A stretch of DNA of 63,727 bases, filler included, from Octopus bimaculoides (Eukaryota), in the NCBI RefSeq assembly GCF_001194135.2. It is 9 parts of 9 records of this genome, joined end to end, with 100 filler letters (N's around TTAATTAATTAA, not from the genome) between each part and the next. Parts side by side here need not be neighbours in the genome. Positions count along the whole stretch, not along the records: positions 1 to 4,353 come from NC_068981.1; positions 4,454 to 10,027 come from NC_068991.1; positions 10,128 to 19,949 come from NC_068986.1; 6 more parts are not named here. One strand, written 5' to 3'. Below, in pieces: positions 1 to 13,860 of the stretch (position 1 is its first letter; each line of letters starts with the position of its first letter). Below the pieces are notes generated by a model. The model worked only from the letters and a program-made list of their open reading frames with translations. It did not search any database and was not told the origin of the DNA. The translations under genes and the position numbers were made by a program.

Positions 1-246
1 TCATAGTAGGTGCCTTAGATATAATAAAAAAATATTCAGACAAATACATAACAAAAACACCAGGAATTACAAATATATATAACACACAGAAAATTGCACT
101 ACTGGGTACTGCACACATTCTACGCAAAACACTTTCAATACAGTAAACATAAGAGCACCACAGCAAACCACAGCACATACCCAAGGCGCACAGAGCTGCG
201 CTCGGTAGTGAAGTGAAAGCACGTTATAAAAATAAAACTACTGAAC
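1..246 (+). mobile_element. 3' end of an RLE-type non-LTR retrotransposon (R4/Dong-like), copy 1, with 3' UTR
   Basis: Reads IIVGALDIIKKYSDKYITKTPGITNIYNTQKIALLGTAHILRKTLSIQ* (stop 144-146), near-identical to 895-1048; followed by ~100 nt of UTR and a (TAA)n tail. Confidence 0.8.

Positions 247-339
<93 letters not shown>
247..339. repeat. Compound (TAA)n/(TGA)n microsatellite between two LINE copies
   Basis: Directly visible. Confidence 0.95.
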
Positions 340-344
340 AATTA

Positions 345-1048
345 TAATAATATTCCAGCAATGGTTCAGAAGCTCAGGATTCAGAGCAGAGACTAAAGGA
401 TTTTTAATTGCTGCACAAGACCAAAGCCTCCCCACCAGAAATTACCAAAAACATATGAAAAAAACATAACAAGTAACTGTAGAATATGTGGAGATGGACG
501 ATAAACAATGAATCATATTATCTCTGGCTGCCCAGTCCTGGCTAAGAAGGAATATATTCACAGACATGACAGAGCTGGGACCTATATACACTGGATGCTA
601 TGCTAAACACTATGGAATAACAATAGAGAAAAGATGGTATAAGCACACGCCAGAAAAGGTTACAGAAAACGAGAAAGCAACCATACTCTGGGATATGCAA
701 ATACACATAGATAGAGAAATTAAGGCCAATAGGCCAGATATAGTTGTCAGAGATCATGAAGAAAAAAATGCTTTCTAATTGATGTATCAATACCAGCAGA
801 TGAGAACGTTTACTTAAGAGAAATGGAGAAACTTTCAAAATACAAAGACCTGGAAATAAAGGTAACTCGAATGTGGAATCTAAAAACAGAAACAATTTCT
901 ATCATAGTAGGCGCTTTAGGTATTATAAAAAAAATATTCAGACGAATACATAACAAAAACACCAGGACTTACAAATATATATAACATACAGAAAATTGCA
1001 CTACTGAGCACTGCACACATCCTACGCAAAACACTTTCAATACAGTAA
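345..1048 (+). mobile_element. 5'-truncated, decayed R4/Dong-like LINE, copy 2 (CCHC finger plus restriction-like endonuclease)
   Basis: CRICG..NHIISGCPVLAKKEYIHRHD zinc finger, then TILWDMQIHIDREIKANRPDIVVRD..LIDVSIP (PD..D motif), with stops and frameshifts. Confidence 0.85.
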
Positions 1049-2089
1049 CCACAAGTTGTCGTGATGGTGATGTTTTTTGGTGGTGGGTTCAATAACGTTA
1101 TGAAATACTTATTATGGCCTATAGCGTCAGCAAATTCAGGTGGGTGCGCCAAAAAACAATCTGTTTTCTTGTGCTTATCATGACATAGAATGCACTCTGC
1201 TGACGCGTGTATGACATCTTTAATGCATGTTGCAAATCATGGTTTCTTCTGATACGGTACATGTCGTATTTGTTATGCTGTGCTGCTAATATCCATATGC
1301 TTTAATATATTTATCACCGCTACGTAATTAAGGAAACCGAGTATGTAGCGAAATGGCTGTTGGTTCTGTATCGTACCCTTTCCTCTCTACTATATAATAT
1401 TCGTAGACACTCTCACTCTCAATGACTGAATTCATGTTTCGAAAAACCTTATGCGTGTACTTTTTTTTCTCTATATGGAAGACAATACACATGAAATGAA
1501 ATTTTTGTAATGGCGTACTAAAAGCCAGATATCTAATTGGATAGAGTGATGGAAAACTAAATATTGGGATGCGTACAGCACTTGAATCAGTATATCAATT
1601 CTAATGTTTTTCAGTTGAATTTAATATCGTTTTTGTCTTAATAAAGGGTAAGAGAAGAGCAGAATTAGTTTTCGAAAAAATCACATCGTATCTGAATGTT
1701 ATTTGTTTCGTCCATGATCACTTTCGTACGGAACGATTTATTGATCAGTGTTTATCTAGCATAAATGTAATTAAGTTAGACTCCCTGTTCCGATGCGCTG
1801 ACTTATTCATGAAGCACATTTTGTTTGGAAAAACAAAATTCATTAAAAAAATATTTTATTTCAGCCATATAATTAGAATTAGATTCAATAAATTTATTTC
1901 CTCAGTTCAATTTCACTTATCCAATAGGAGGTGCCAATTTCAACCAAATCAGTTATCCTGAAGTTGTTTACTCGACAAAATAATACATAAAATTTCATTG
2001 AGCTATTCATGGAAGAAGTCCATTTAATTTATTATCTATTTTTGCTATTGAGTTTTCTTTTCTAGTTTTCATTTTCACTTCCTGTATGA

Positions 2090-2461
2090 GGAATTAGACA
2101 TCGGCACAAGAGCACAAGGACGACCTCATCATCGTTTCAAAGACGTCTACATGTGAGATATAAAGTTGCTTGATATGGATCTCCTGAGACCAGAAGGGTT
2201 CATAAATCTTTGCCCACGTTGGAGACAAATGCTTCGGAAGATATGAAGCGAGGGAAAGAAAAACAGGAACTCTCCACCAAAGAAAAGCGCACTCGATGCG
2301 CATTCTGCAGAGTGCTCCTTCAAATGTAGTCACCCTATGCGTGACTGCCACTCCCGTGTGGGCCTCTACAACCACAGCAGAATTTGCACTACCATCAGTA
2401 GCTGACATACTTTTTCGAGCGCAGATCCATGGCCTCCCAAGACTGACGGATGCCTACTACT
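2090..2461 (+). mobile_element. RTE-clade LINE 3' end remnant
   Basis: ELDIGTRAQGRPHHRFKDV..RWRQ, then a degenerate C-terminal finger (FKCSH..RDCHSRVGLYNHSRIC); stops and frameshifts. Confidence 0.7.
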
Positions 2462-4124
2462 CTGTCTTCACTGCACAGAAAATTCTTGTCTTTAAGAGAA
2501 AGTATGGAGACTGCTTGCATTCGTTATCATAAATGCTTCCATAAATTAAGAAAAACTGCCAGTCGAATCCTTCCACTCTGAAAATGTAGCCTGTACGATG
2601 GCATAATCAGAGAGAACCTGTTTATATATAATTATTTCTCTCCCGCCTGGGGAAAACTTACAGATTAATGCTGTGTTTCTCACTTACGAATGTACAGTAA
2701 TATTTCACCGTCATTGTTTGTTGTAAGTACTACTGTCTTTGCGCATTACAGCACCTTCCATGCAACTGCCATGCTAATTAAGGCACACTGTATCGAAAGT
2801 ACCATTTTCGATCGGTCTTTTTTTCTTTTTACATTTCATTGTATGATGATGTAAATTTGTCTGGTTAACCAAAATCATTGTTATAAATTCATTTGTGACC
2901 ATTACCAATGTCTTGAAACTTTTAATAGAAATCTATCTCATAATTTCGTCATGTTACTTTAAAAGAAACCGCAAAAAATGTTCTTATTTCAGGAAAATCA
3001 TCTGGGAAAATATTCATAAACTTAGCCCCTAGTTGCTAAAGTACTAATCAATTTCGTAAATGAATTATGTACATTGTTTTTTTTTTTGTTATAGAGAAAA
3101 ATTGTGCAATATCATATTTAAAATTATATTTTATATATTCTTAATGCATTTTCAGTTAGTATTGCAATCAAACATATAATAGACGCGAGAAAAGAGTGCT
3201 TGTCACTTTGCTTTTTTCTTTAAATTATACGAAACATTAAGTAAGCATTTTCTAATTCAATATATTTTGATTGTATGTAACCATCTACAATTCCTGTTGA
3301 AATAACTGATAAAACAATTTACGCATGTATACTTTAATGTCTACGTTGTGAAAATTATTCAGTTTGTCTTGGTTTACTTGTAAAATAATCAAATATGTCG
3401 TTACTGATTTTGTGCGACCTGTCAAGTCGCTTTGTTATATTTCCAATTTTTTAGCCACTTTTGTAAGAACTTGTGCCTTTATTTATTTTTTATATATATT
3501 AATAGCTCTTAATGAGAAAGTGAACAATTTTCACCCATAAATCACGTATATTCGAGGAGAAATTATTTTTTATTTCTATTTTTACGCTAATAACTTACTT
3601 TCTATAAATTGTTGCTAAGTGATTCTAACAAGTTTAGTTGGAAACTTACTAAATGATTTGAAGGGATTCAACTGAAAAGGCATGCAGAAGCAATTCTTAA
3701 AAGAATTTTATTGATTGTCACTGGAAGTGCTTCTCGTGCAAAATGGTTTTGGATAAACTGTAATCTTCGGTGATTTGACTAAAATTAAACCTACAATTAA
3801 AAATACAATTATTCGAACAATAAAACAAACGTATTTACTTAATTTTAGATTTATCCTAAACGAAAGTGCATTATAAGTACATATTTTTTGTATTTGTTGG
3901 TGATGTCAAAAACTTTTTCTTAGACAAAGGTTTATGCTTATAAGCATATAACTATTGACACAACAAAACACAAATGCACATATATACAAACACACACATA
4001 TACATTCATACATACATGTATATGTGCATATATATATGTATATTTATTTATTTATTTATTTATGGGTTTCAGCCAAGTGGCTGCGGTCATGCTGGTGCAC
4101 CACCGTGATTTTCCGTCTTTATGC

Positions 4125-4353
4125 TGTGCTCTCTTCACGTTCCTTGCATGGCTCTTCTCCCCCACCTGATATGGTCCAATCAAGAGTTTTGATGGCACAT
4201 CTGGTGTATAAGAGAATTTGACATCGCTGCCCTAAACTGCGTCTCATTACGAGCCATTGGTTCGTCTGGTACCGTGGAGATGAAAGTGTCAAGTTTTGTC
4301 TTGAAGACCTCCGTATCCATGTCTTGCATGTCTCTCAAATGTTTTGGCAGGGC
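4125..4353 (-). mobile_element. CR1-like LINE 3' end remnant
   Basis: Minus strand reads HLRDMQDMDTEVFKTKLDTFISTVPDEP..AAMSNSLIHQ, resembling CR1 ORF2 C-termini. Confidence 0.55.
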
Positions 4354-4397
4354 NNNNNNNNNNNNNNNNNNNNNNNNNNNNNNNNNNNNNNNNNNNN

Positions 4398-4409
4398 TTA
4401 ATTAATTAA
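4398..4409. other. Assembly gap linker TTAATTAATTAA inside N runs (also at 10072, 19994, 43266, 54424, 56840, 60506, 62334)
   Basis: Identical 12-mer centred in ~100-nt N blocks eight times; gives stops in all six frames; artificial. Confidence 0.95.
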
Positions 4410-4453
4410 NNNNNNNNNNNNNNNNNNNNNNNNNNNNNNNNNNNNNNNNNNNN

Positions 4454-4650
4454 AGGTAGAAAAGAAGGAGGAAAGAAAGAAAGGAAGGAAGGAAGGAAGG
4501 AAGGAAGGAAGGAAGAAAGAAAGAACGAAAGGAAGAAAGAAAGGAAGAAAGAAAGGAAGGAAGAAAGAAAGAAAGAAAGAAAGGAAGGAAGGAAGGAAGG
4601 AAGGAAGGGAGGAAGAAAGGAAGGAAGGAAGGAAGGAAGAAAGGAAGAAA

Positions 4651-4681
<31 letters not shown>

Positions 4682-4989
4682 GGAAAGATAGAATGGAAGG
4701 AAGAAAGAAAGAAACAAAGGAAGAAAGAAAGTAAGAAGGAAAGAAAGAAAGAAAGAAAGAAAGGAAGGAAGAAAGAAAGAAACAAAGAAAGAAAGGAAAA
4801 AGGAAGAAAGAAAGGAAGAAAGAAAGAAACAAAGAAGGAAAGAAAGAAAGAAAGAAAGAATGGAAGGAAGGAAAGAAGGAAGGAAGGAAGGAAGGAAGAA
4901 AGAATGGAAGGAAGGAAGAAAGAAAGAAAGAAAGAAAGGAAGGAAGGAAGGAAGGAAGGAAGGAAGGAAGAAAGGAAGGAAGAAAGGAA

Positions 4990-5023
<34 letters not shown>

Positions 5024-5081
5024 AAACAAAGGAAGGGAGGAAGGAAGGAAGGAAGAAAGAAAGAAAGAAAGGAAGAAAGAG

Positions 5082-5128
<47 letters not shown>

Positions 5129-5354
5129 ATGGAAGGAAGAAAGAAAGAAAGAAAGAAAGAAGGAAAGAAAGAAAGAAAGAAAGGAAGAAAAAAAGAAAGA
5201 AAAAAAGAAAGAAAGAAAGAAAGAAAGAAAGAATGGAAGGAAGGAAGGAAGGAAGGAAGGAAGAAAGGAAGAAAGAATGGAAGGAAGGAAGGAAGAAAGG
5301 AAGAAAGAAAGAAAGGAAGGAAGGAAGGAAGGAAGAAAGAAAGAAAGGAAGGAA

Positions 5355-5400
<46 letters not shown>

Positions 5401-5771
5401 AAAAAAGAATGAAAGAAAAGAAAGGAAGGAAGGAAGGAAGGAAGGAAGAAAGAAAGAAAGAAAGGAAGAAAGAAAGAAAGAAAGGAAGAAAGAAAGAAAG
5501 AAAGAAAGAAATAAATAAAGAAAGAAAGAAAGAAAGAAAGAATGGAAGGAAGGAAGGAAGAAAGGAAGAAGGAAAGGAAGAAAGAAAGGAAGGAAGGAAG
5601 GAAGAAAGAAAGAAAGAAAGGAAGGAAGAAAGAAAGGAAGGAAGGAAGGAAGGAAGGAAGGAAGAAAGAAACGAAGAAAGGAAGAAAGGAAGAAAGGAAG
5701 AAAGGTAGCAAGGAAGGAAGGAAGGAAGGAAGGAAGAAAGGAAGGAAGGAAGAAAGGAAGGAAGAAAGGAA

Positions 5772-5808
<37 letters not shown>

Positions 5809-6896
5809 GAAGAAAGAAACAAAGAAAGGAAGGAAGGAAGAAAGAAAGAAAGAAAGAATGGAAGGAAGAAAGGAGAGAAGAAAGAAAGGAAGAAAGGAAG
5901 AGAGGAAGAAAGAAAGAAAGAAAGAAAGAAAGCTAGAATGGAAGGAAGAAAGAAAGAAAGAAAGAAAGAAAAAAGGAAGAAAGGAAGAAAGGAAGGAAGG
6001 AAGGAAGAAAGGAAGAAAGGAAGAAAGGAAGAAAGAAAGGAAGGAAGGANNNNNNNNNNNNNNNNNNNNNNNNNNNNNNNNNNNNNNNNNNNNNNNNNNN
6101 NNNNNNNNNNNNNNNNNNNNNNNNNNNNNNNNNNNNNNNNNNNNNNNNNNNNNNNNNNNNNNNNNNNNNNNNNNNNNNNNNNNNNNNNNNNNNNNNNNNN
6201 NNNNNNNNNNNNNNNNNNNNNNNNNNNNNNNNNNNNNNNNNNNNNNNNNNNNNNNNNNNNNNNNNNNNNNNNNNNNNNNNNNNNNNNNNNNNNNNNNNNN
6301 NNNNNNNNNNNNNNNNNNNNNNNNNNNNNNNNNNNNNNNNNNNNNNNNNNNNNNNNNNNNNNNNNNNNNNNNNNNNNNNNNNNNNNNNNNNNNNNNNNNN
6401 NNNNNNNNNNNNNNNNNNNNNNNNNNNNNNNNNNNNNNNNNNNNNNNNNNNNNNNNNNNNNNNNNNNNNNNNNNNNNNNNNNNNNNNNNNNNNNNNNNNN
6501 NNNNNNNNNNNNNNNNNNNNNNNNNNNNNNNNNNNNNNNNNNNNNNNNNNNNNNNNNNNNNNNNNNNNNNNNNNNNNNNNNNNNNNNNNNNNNNNNNNNN
6601 NNNNNNNNNNNNNNNNNNNNNNNNNNNNAAGGAAGAAAGAAACAAACAAACAAACAATGGAAATAAGAAAAGAAAGGAAGGAAGGAAGGAAGGAAGGAAG
6701 GAAGGAAGGAAGGAAGGAAGGAAGGAAGGAAGGAAGACAGGAAGAAACGAAGAAAGAAACGAAGGAAGGAAGGAAGGAAGAAAGGAAGAAAGGAAGAAAG
6801 AAAGAAAGGAAGGAAGAAAGAAAGAAAGAAAGAATGAAATAAATAAAAGAAAGGAACGGAGGAAGGAAGGAAGGAAGGAAGAAAGAAAGAAACAAA

Positions 6897-6934
<38 letters not shown>

Positions 6935-7578
6935 ATGGAAGGAAGGAAGGAAGGAAGGAAGGAAGAAAGAAAGAATGAAAGAAAGGAAGAAAGAAAGAAA
7001 GGAAGAAAGAAAGAAATAAAGAGAGAAAGAAAGAAAGAAAGAAAGAAAAAAAGAAATAAAGAAAGAAAGAATGGGAGGAAGGAAGGAAGAAAGGAAGAAA
7101 GGAAGGAAGGAAGGAAGGAAGGAAGAAAGAAAGAAAGAAAGAAAGGAAGAAAGGAAGAAATAAACAAAGAAAGAAATAAAGAATGGAAGGAAGGAAGGAA
7201 GAAAGAAAGGAAGAAAGAAAGGAAGAAAGAAAGATAGGAAGGAAGAAAGGAAGGAAGGAAGAAAGAAAGAAAGAAAGAAAGGAAGGAAGGAAGGAAGGAA
7301 GAAAGGAAGGAAGGACGAAAGAAAGGAAGAAAGGAAGAAAGGAAGAAAGGTAGGAAGGAAGGAAGGAAGGAAGGAAGAAAGGAAGGAAGGAAGAAAGGAA
7401 GGAACAAAAGAAGGAACAAAGAAAGAAAGAAAGAAAGAAAGAAAGGAGGAAAGAAAGAAAGAAAGAAAGGAAGAAAGAAACAAAGAAAGGAAGGAAGAAA
7501 GAGAGAAAGAAAGAAAGAAAGAAAGAATGGAAGGAAGAAAGGAGAGAAGAAAGAAAGGAAGAAGGGAAGAGAGGAACA

Positions 7579-7614
<36 letters not shown>

Positions 7615-8264
7615 AAGAATGAATGAAAGATAGAATAGAAGGAAGAAAGAAAGAAAGAAAGAAAGAAAAAAGGAAGAAAGGAAGAAAGGAAGAAAGGAAG
7701 GAAGGAAGAAAGGAAGAAAGGAAGAAAGAAAGAAAGAAGGAAAGAAAGAAGAATAGAAAGGAAGAAAGAAAGGAAGGAAGGAAGAAAGAAAGGAAGAAAG
7801 GAAGAAAGGAAGAAAGGTAGGAAGGAAGGAAGGAAGGAAGGAAGGAAGGAAGGAAGAAAGGAAGGAAGGAAGAAAGGAAGGAAGAAAGAAGGAATGAAAG
7901 AAAGAAAGAAAGGAAGGAAGAAAGGAAGAAAGAAAGGAAGGAAGGAAGGAAGGAAGGAAGTTAGAAAGGAAGGAAGGAAAGAAGAAAGAAAGAACGGAAG
8001 GAAGAAAAGAAGAAACAAACAAACAAACAAACAAACAATGGAAGAAAGAAAAGAAAGGAAGGAAGGAAGGAAGAAAGGAAGGAAGAAAGAAAGAAAGGAA
8101 GAAAGAAAGAAAGGAAGAAAGGAAGAAAGAAAGAAAGGAAGGAAGGAAGGAAGGAAGAAAGAAAGGAAGGAAGAAAAGTAGGAAGAAAGAGAGGAAGGAA
8201 GAAAGGAAGGAAGGAAGAAAGAAAGAAACAAAGAAAGAAAGAAAGGAACGAAGGAAGGAAGGAA

Positions 8265-8302
<38 letters not shown>

Positions 8303-8322
8303 AGAAAGAAAGAAAGAAAAAA

Positions 8323-8360
<38 letters not shown>

Positions 8361-8458
8361 GAGGAAGGATGGAAGGAAGGAAGGAAGGAAGGAAGAAAGA
8401 AAGAAAGGAAGAAAGAAAGGAAGAAAGAAAGGAAGAAAGGAAGGAAGGAAGGAAGGGA

Positions 8459-8496
<38 letters not shown>

Positions 8497-8500
8497 ACGA

Positions 8501-8531
<31 letters not shown>

Positions 8532-8914
8532 GAAGAAAGAAAGAAAGAAAAATGGTAGAAAGAAAGGAAGGAAGGAAGGAAGGAAGGAAGGAAGGAAGAA
8601 AGGAAGATAGGAAGAAAGAACAAAAAGGAAGGAAGGAAGGAAGATAGGAAGAAAGGAAGAAAGAAACAAAGAAAGAAAGAAACAAAGAAAGAAAGAAAGG
8701 AAGAGAGAAAGAAAGATAGAATGGAAGGAAGAAAGAAAGAAAGAAAGAAGGAAAGAGAGAAAGAAAGGAATAAAGAAAGAAACAAACAAACAAACAAAGG
8801 AAAGAAGGAAGGAAGAAAGGAAGGAAGGAAGAACGAAAGAAAGAAAGAAAGAAAGAAATAACGAAATAAAGAAAGAAAGAAAGAAAGAAAGAATGGAAGG
8901 AAGGAAGGAAGGAA

Positions 8915-8945
<31 letters not shown>

Positions 8946-9022
8946 CGAACGAAAGGAAGGAAGAAAGGAAGGAAGGAAGGAAGGAAGGAAGGAAGAATGA
9001 AAGAAAGGAAGGAAGAAAGAAA

Positions 9023-9063
<41 letters not shown>

Positions 9064-9084
9064 GAAGAAAGAAAGGAAGGAAGT

Positions 9085-9120
<36 letters not shown>

Positions 9121-9150
9121 CAGAAAGGAAGGAAGGAAGGAAGGAAGGAA

Positions 9151-9195
<45 letters not shown>

Positions 9196-9864
9196 GAAGA
9201 AATAAAGAAAGAAAGAAAGAAGGAAAGAAAGAAAGGAAGGAGGAAAGAAAGAAAGAAAGAAGAAAAAAAAGGAAAAGAAAGAAAAAAAAGAAAGAAAAAA
9301 GAAAGAAAGAAAGAAAGAAAGAAAGAATGTAAGGAAGGAAGGAAGGAAGAAAGGAAGTAAGAAAGGAAGTAAGGAAGGAAGGATGGAAGAAAGGAAGAAA
9401 GGAAGGAAGGAAAGAAGAAAGAAAGAAAGAAAGAAAGAAACAAACAAACAAACAAACAAACAAACAAAGAAACAAAGAAACAAACAAAGGAAGAAAGAAA
9501 AGGAAGGAAGGAAGGAAGGAAGGAAGAAAGGAAGGAAGAAAGGAAGAAAGGAAGAAAGAAAGAAAGGAAGGAAGGAAGAAAGAAAGAACGAAAGAAATAA
9601 AGAAAGAAAGAAAGGAAGAAAGAAAGAAGGAAAGAGAGAAAGAAAGGAATAAAGAAAGAAACAAACAAACAAACAAAGAAACAAAGAAAGAAAAAAGGAA
9701 GGAAGAAAGAAAGAAAGAAAAAAAGAAAGAAACAAAGAAAGAATGGAAGGAAGGAAGGAAGAAAGGAAGAATGAATGGAAGGAAGGAAGGAAGGAAGGAA
9801 GGAAGAAAGAAAGGGAGGAAGGAAGGAAGGAAGGAAGGAAGAAAGGAAGAACGAAATGAAGGAA

Positions 9865-9900
<36 letters not shown>

Positions 9901-9948
9901 GAAACAAAGAAAGAAAGAAAGGAAGAAAGAAAGAAAGATAGAATGGAA

Positions 9949-9979
<31 letters not shown>

Positions 9980-10027
9980 GGAAAGAGAGAAAGAAAGGAA
10001 TAAAGAAAGAAACAAACAAACAAACAA
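4454..10027. repeat. ~5.6 kb polypurine (GAAA/GGAA)n satellite with higher-order units; contains an internal N gap
   Basis: Almost pure A/G on the + strand; recurring GATAGAATGGAAGG and AAACAAACAAAC landmarks; N run at 6050-6628. Confidence 0.97.
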
Positions 10028-10154
10028 NNNNNNNNNNNNNNNNNNNNNNNNNNNNNNNNNNNNNNNNNNNNTTAATTAATTAANNNNNNNNNNNNNNNNN
10101 NNNNNNNNNNNNNNNNNNNNNNNNNNNATATATATATATATATATATATACACC

Positions 10155-10186
<32 letters not shown>

Positions 10187-11168
10187 CACACACACCTATA
10201 TATATATATATACACCTACATATATACATATATATATATATATGTGCATACGCACACACATATATATATATACATACATAAACACACACACACTCATACG
10301 TACATGTACACAAATGTACATACATCTATATATAAGAAAAACATGTGACATCATATATAACTGTGAGTGTTTGTACATGAAAAATGCATATCCAACTTTC
10401 AGCATGTGTACATATAGAGACATACATATACACACCATCTTAAATCTATTATTTTTTGTCTACACAGATGACAAGTCTAGAGTGAAAAATCTAGAACATC
10501 CAAAATTCCTGAAGATATTTGCAATATCTCAAAATGATAAAGATATCTCTGAAAATTAGATAATATATGAAATGTGTTAGGAATAGCTAGGTAGGTGATG
10601 TTGATGAGAAAAGATGTTACTAAGTGTGAAAAAGACTAGCAAATGAGTAAATGGGAACGTGCAACAGAAGACCCTAAAGAACTGAAGTAATGTAAGCAAT
10701 GTGAAATAAAAGATTAACAAGGAGAAAATAATAGAGTACACCAATTCATCTTACCCTTGTTGATTGTTTTTCTTGGCCTCACTCGAGTCAGTGTCGTCTC
10801 TGAAGGAAAGGATATGCTTTGGTTTCACCTTAATTCATGAACTTAGCATGAAACTCTCAAATTTTCAATCAACAATTGCAGACATATATATATATGTATC
10901 AATACATTAAACTGTAGAATTTATGGTGCTTCAAAATTACAGGCATGAGTGGTGAGATGTGGGAAGGGAGGAAGCAAGAAATGAAAAACAAAATGTAAAG
11001 AAATAGGAAAAAAAAAAGTCAAAGAAAAATAAAGGACAATGAAATTCGGAACTATTCCGTATTAAATAAGATGAAACTAAAGAAATGTTTTTCTCATAAT
11101 TCATTTGAAAGAGATATTTTGAAATGCTGTCCATGAGTAATATTGCATTTAAAATTGTGTATATTTGT

Positions 11169-11232
<64 letters not shown>

Positions 11233-11398
11233 CATCATCATTTAATATCTGCCTTCTATGTTGGTGTCATATAAATATGTGTATGGGTGTGTGTGTGTGT
11301 GTGTGTGTGTGTGAGTTTGGTTTTAAATATATTACTCGTGAACATTACCATAGAAATATCCAGCTACAAAGTTAATTTCCATTTATCCCTTATATGTA

Positions 11399-11440
<42 letters not shown>

Positions 11441-12985
11441 CACACACATATATATATGTGCATATATATATATGTGTATATATATATGTGTGTGTGTATA
11501 TATATATAATTGCTAGCAGGGAAACTGTATTTCGTTTTGTAACTATAATATACCACCAAGTATATTAAAGGTTTATAAGTCAATATTGTACCCTACTTTT
11601 GTGCTAGCAGTGTGTTGTTTTCATTTTTAAGTTTATCTCTACATACACATATTTGTAAATGCAACATCATAACTTTCAATGCTGGCTCTGCATTCTATAG
11701 GGATAACTAACACACACACACACATGAATGGTCACACACGCTAACATACACATGTGTGCACACATATAAGAATTCTGGTTAAAATAGTCTAAAAAAAAAC
11801 AAAACCCAATGTACTTACATACAGAAATACAAGGGCAAAATTAGCACTGATTCAGAAATATATAAAAATTCTTGTACAAATTGTTAATAACTCCTAGTTT
11901 TGAATCCAAAAGTTATTCAAATTCTCTTCAGGCTGTAGGAACTGTCATGCCCATGACAGATTAGAATTTGCAAAACAATTGTTATGATTATGCAGAAATT
12001 ATCTTTCACTGCATTCAGAGCATGCATGCAGAAAATTTGAAGTTAAAAGAATATATTGTCTTTTTTTTAGTATACTTGGAAGGGGCTATATGTACTTTGG
12101 GAAGGGAGTTATCTTCCTTATCACAGTCTGTATGCATATGATACATATGCATATGTGCATACACACATACACACTTACAGGTGTACACATTGGCATACAA
12201 ACATATCTATGAACATTCTAGTGATGTGAAGAGAGAGAGAGAGAGAGAAAGTAATGGGGACAGATAAACAGGATGAAAGAGAGGGAGAGAGAAGAGAGAG
12301 ACTTCAAGAAATACCTGGAATCCAGGAAAGATTTAGGGAAAAAGATAAAATGGTGGCAGGTGACATACAATAATCATATAAAAAATATATAAACCTACAA
12401 AACATATATTGAACTGAAAAGTTAGTTGAGCAAAGTGTTTACAAAGGCAAGATTAAATTTATTCTTGGATGAAAGGAACCAACGAGTGTGTGTCCTGAGT
12501 CTAAGTAATAATTTTCCTTTGCGTATGCAGGGTGAGGTAGTTTCTGTTTTGGTATTATGCCACAAGCCTTCTTCTACACATTATTTAAGCTTGTATGCTT
12601 TCCTTTTTGCTATGTATAACTTGCAACACTTGGTGGAATGTAGGTATACTCTGAATTTTGCAGTATCTTCCAGTTCCTATGAAATATTGCACTATTTTCC
12701 CTTCAATGCTAGATGTAGCTAGTCAGCTTTGTAATTTTCCATTTTTCAATATTTTGCAAAGGATTATTCAAGTGAAGATATCTTAACTAAAGTGCTATAG
12801 ATAACCTGGGCAGCAGTAATTGTTATTTTGGAAAATCTAGTCGTCCATTGGCATGGTATGATTATAGACCCTTATGAGAGTTGAAACAAGAATATTAATA
12901 TATTTCTGAATAAACAAAACACACATACATACACATAATCTGAATAAATATATCTGGAGAAAATATATATGTATGTGCGTGTGCA

Positions 12986-13039
<54 letters not shown>

Positions 13040-13454
13040 AATACATATATAAACACACACACACACATATATATATAGGCACACACATATTTATATATAC
13101 CCATGCATATATGTGCGAACATATGCATCCATATATATATGCACACATACACAATACCAATCTTCCATGAAAATATGTCTGGCCATAGGGAAATATTACC
13201 TTGCTTTGAAACAAGTGAGTGTTGACCATGACCACAGGAAGGGTATTTTGTATGGCATTCAACCAAAGAAAATCTGTCTCAACTAATCCTGTCTGACCCA
13301 TATGACAATTGAGAAGTGAAAATTAAGATGATACACACACACACACACACACATAAATACACGCACACACACACACACGCACACCTACTAAGAGAATATA
13401 GAAAATATACTTTATCAAATGCCAAGAAGGATGCTTAGAGAGAGTAGTTAGTTT

Positions 13455-13860
13455 ATGTTACCTAGGGGACCTAATTAGTAGTGAAAGAGAATGCTCTGAA
13501 AGTATGGTTGCTAGTATAAGAACATGCTGGAGAAACTTTAGAGAGTTATTGCCACTGTTTCTCCCAGAAAAGCTTTCCCTCAGAGTGGAAGGCAGATTAT
13601 ATGTTACTTGTGTATAAATAACAATGATATGTAGTAGTGAGACATGGGCCCTGAATGCAGTGGGCATGCAAAAATTAGAAAGAATGGATGCTAGCATGCT
13701 CCATTAGATATGCAATGTCAGTGTGCATGAATGACAAAGTACAAATGCGTTGAGAGAAAAACTGGATATAAAAAATCAGATGTAGTGTAAAAGAAAGAAG
13801 ACTGTGCTAGTATAGTCATGTGATGTGTACAGATGAGGACAAATGCATAACGAAATGCTG
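13455..13860 (+). mobile_element. Decayed RTE-clade LINE RT C-terminal fragment
   Basis: Broken reading CYLGDLISSE..W..FRELLPL..GRLY..SETWALNA..LER..ASML..LREKL..RRL; many stops. Confidence 0.65.

Noticed and set aside
4398-10027. 1,873-aa F/L/S-rich and K/E/R/G-rich ORFs
   Set aside because: Translations of the GAAA/GGAA satellite read through N gaps; no coding complexity.
10465-10590. Plus-strand exon candidate after a strong acceptor (DDKSRVKNLEHPKF..*)
   Set aside because: Stops in all frames before the next donor; no recognisable homology.
13195-13295. Minus-strand exon candidate TGLVETDFLWLNA..
   Set aside because: Resembles the dispersed SINE-like repeat rather than a gene.
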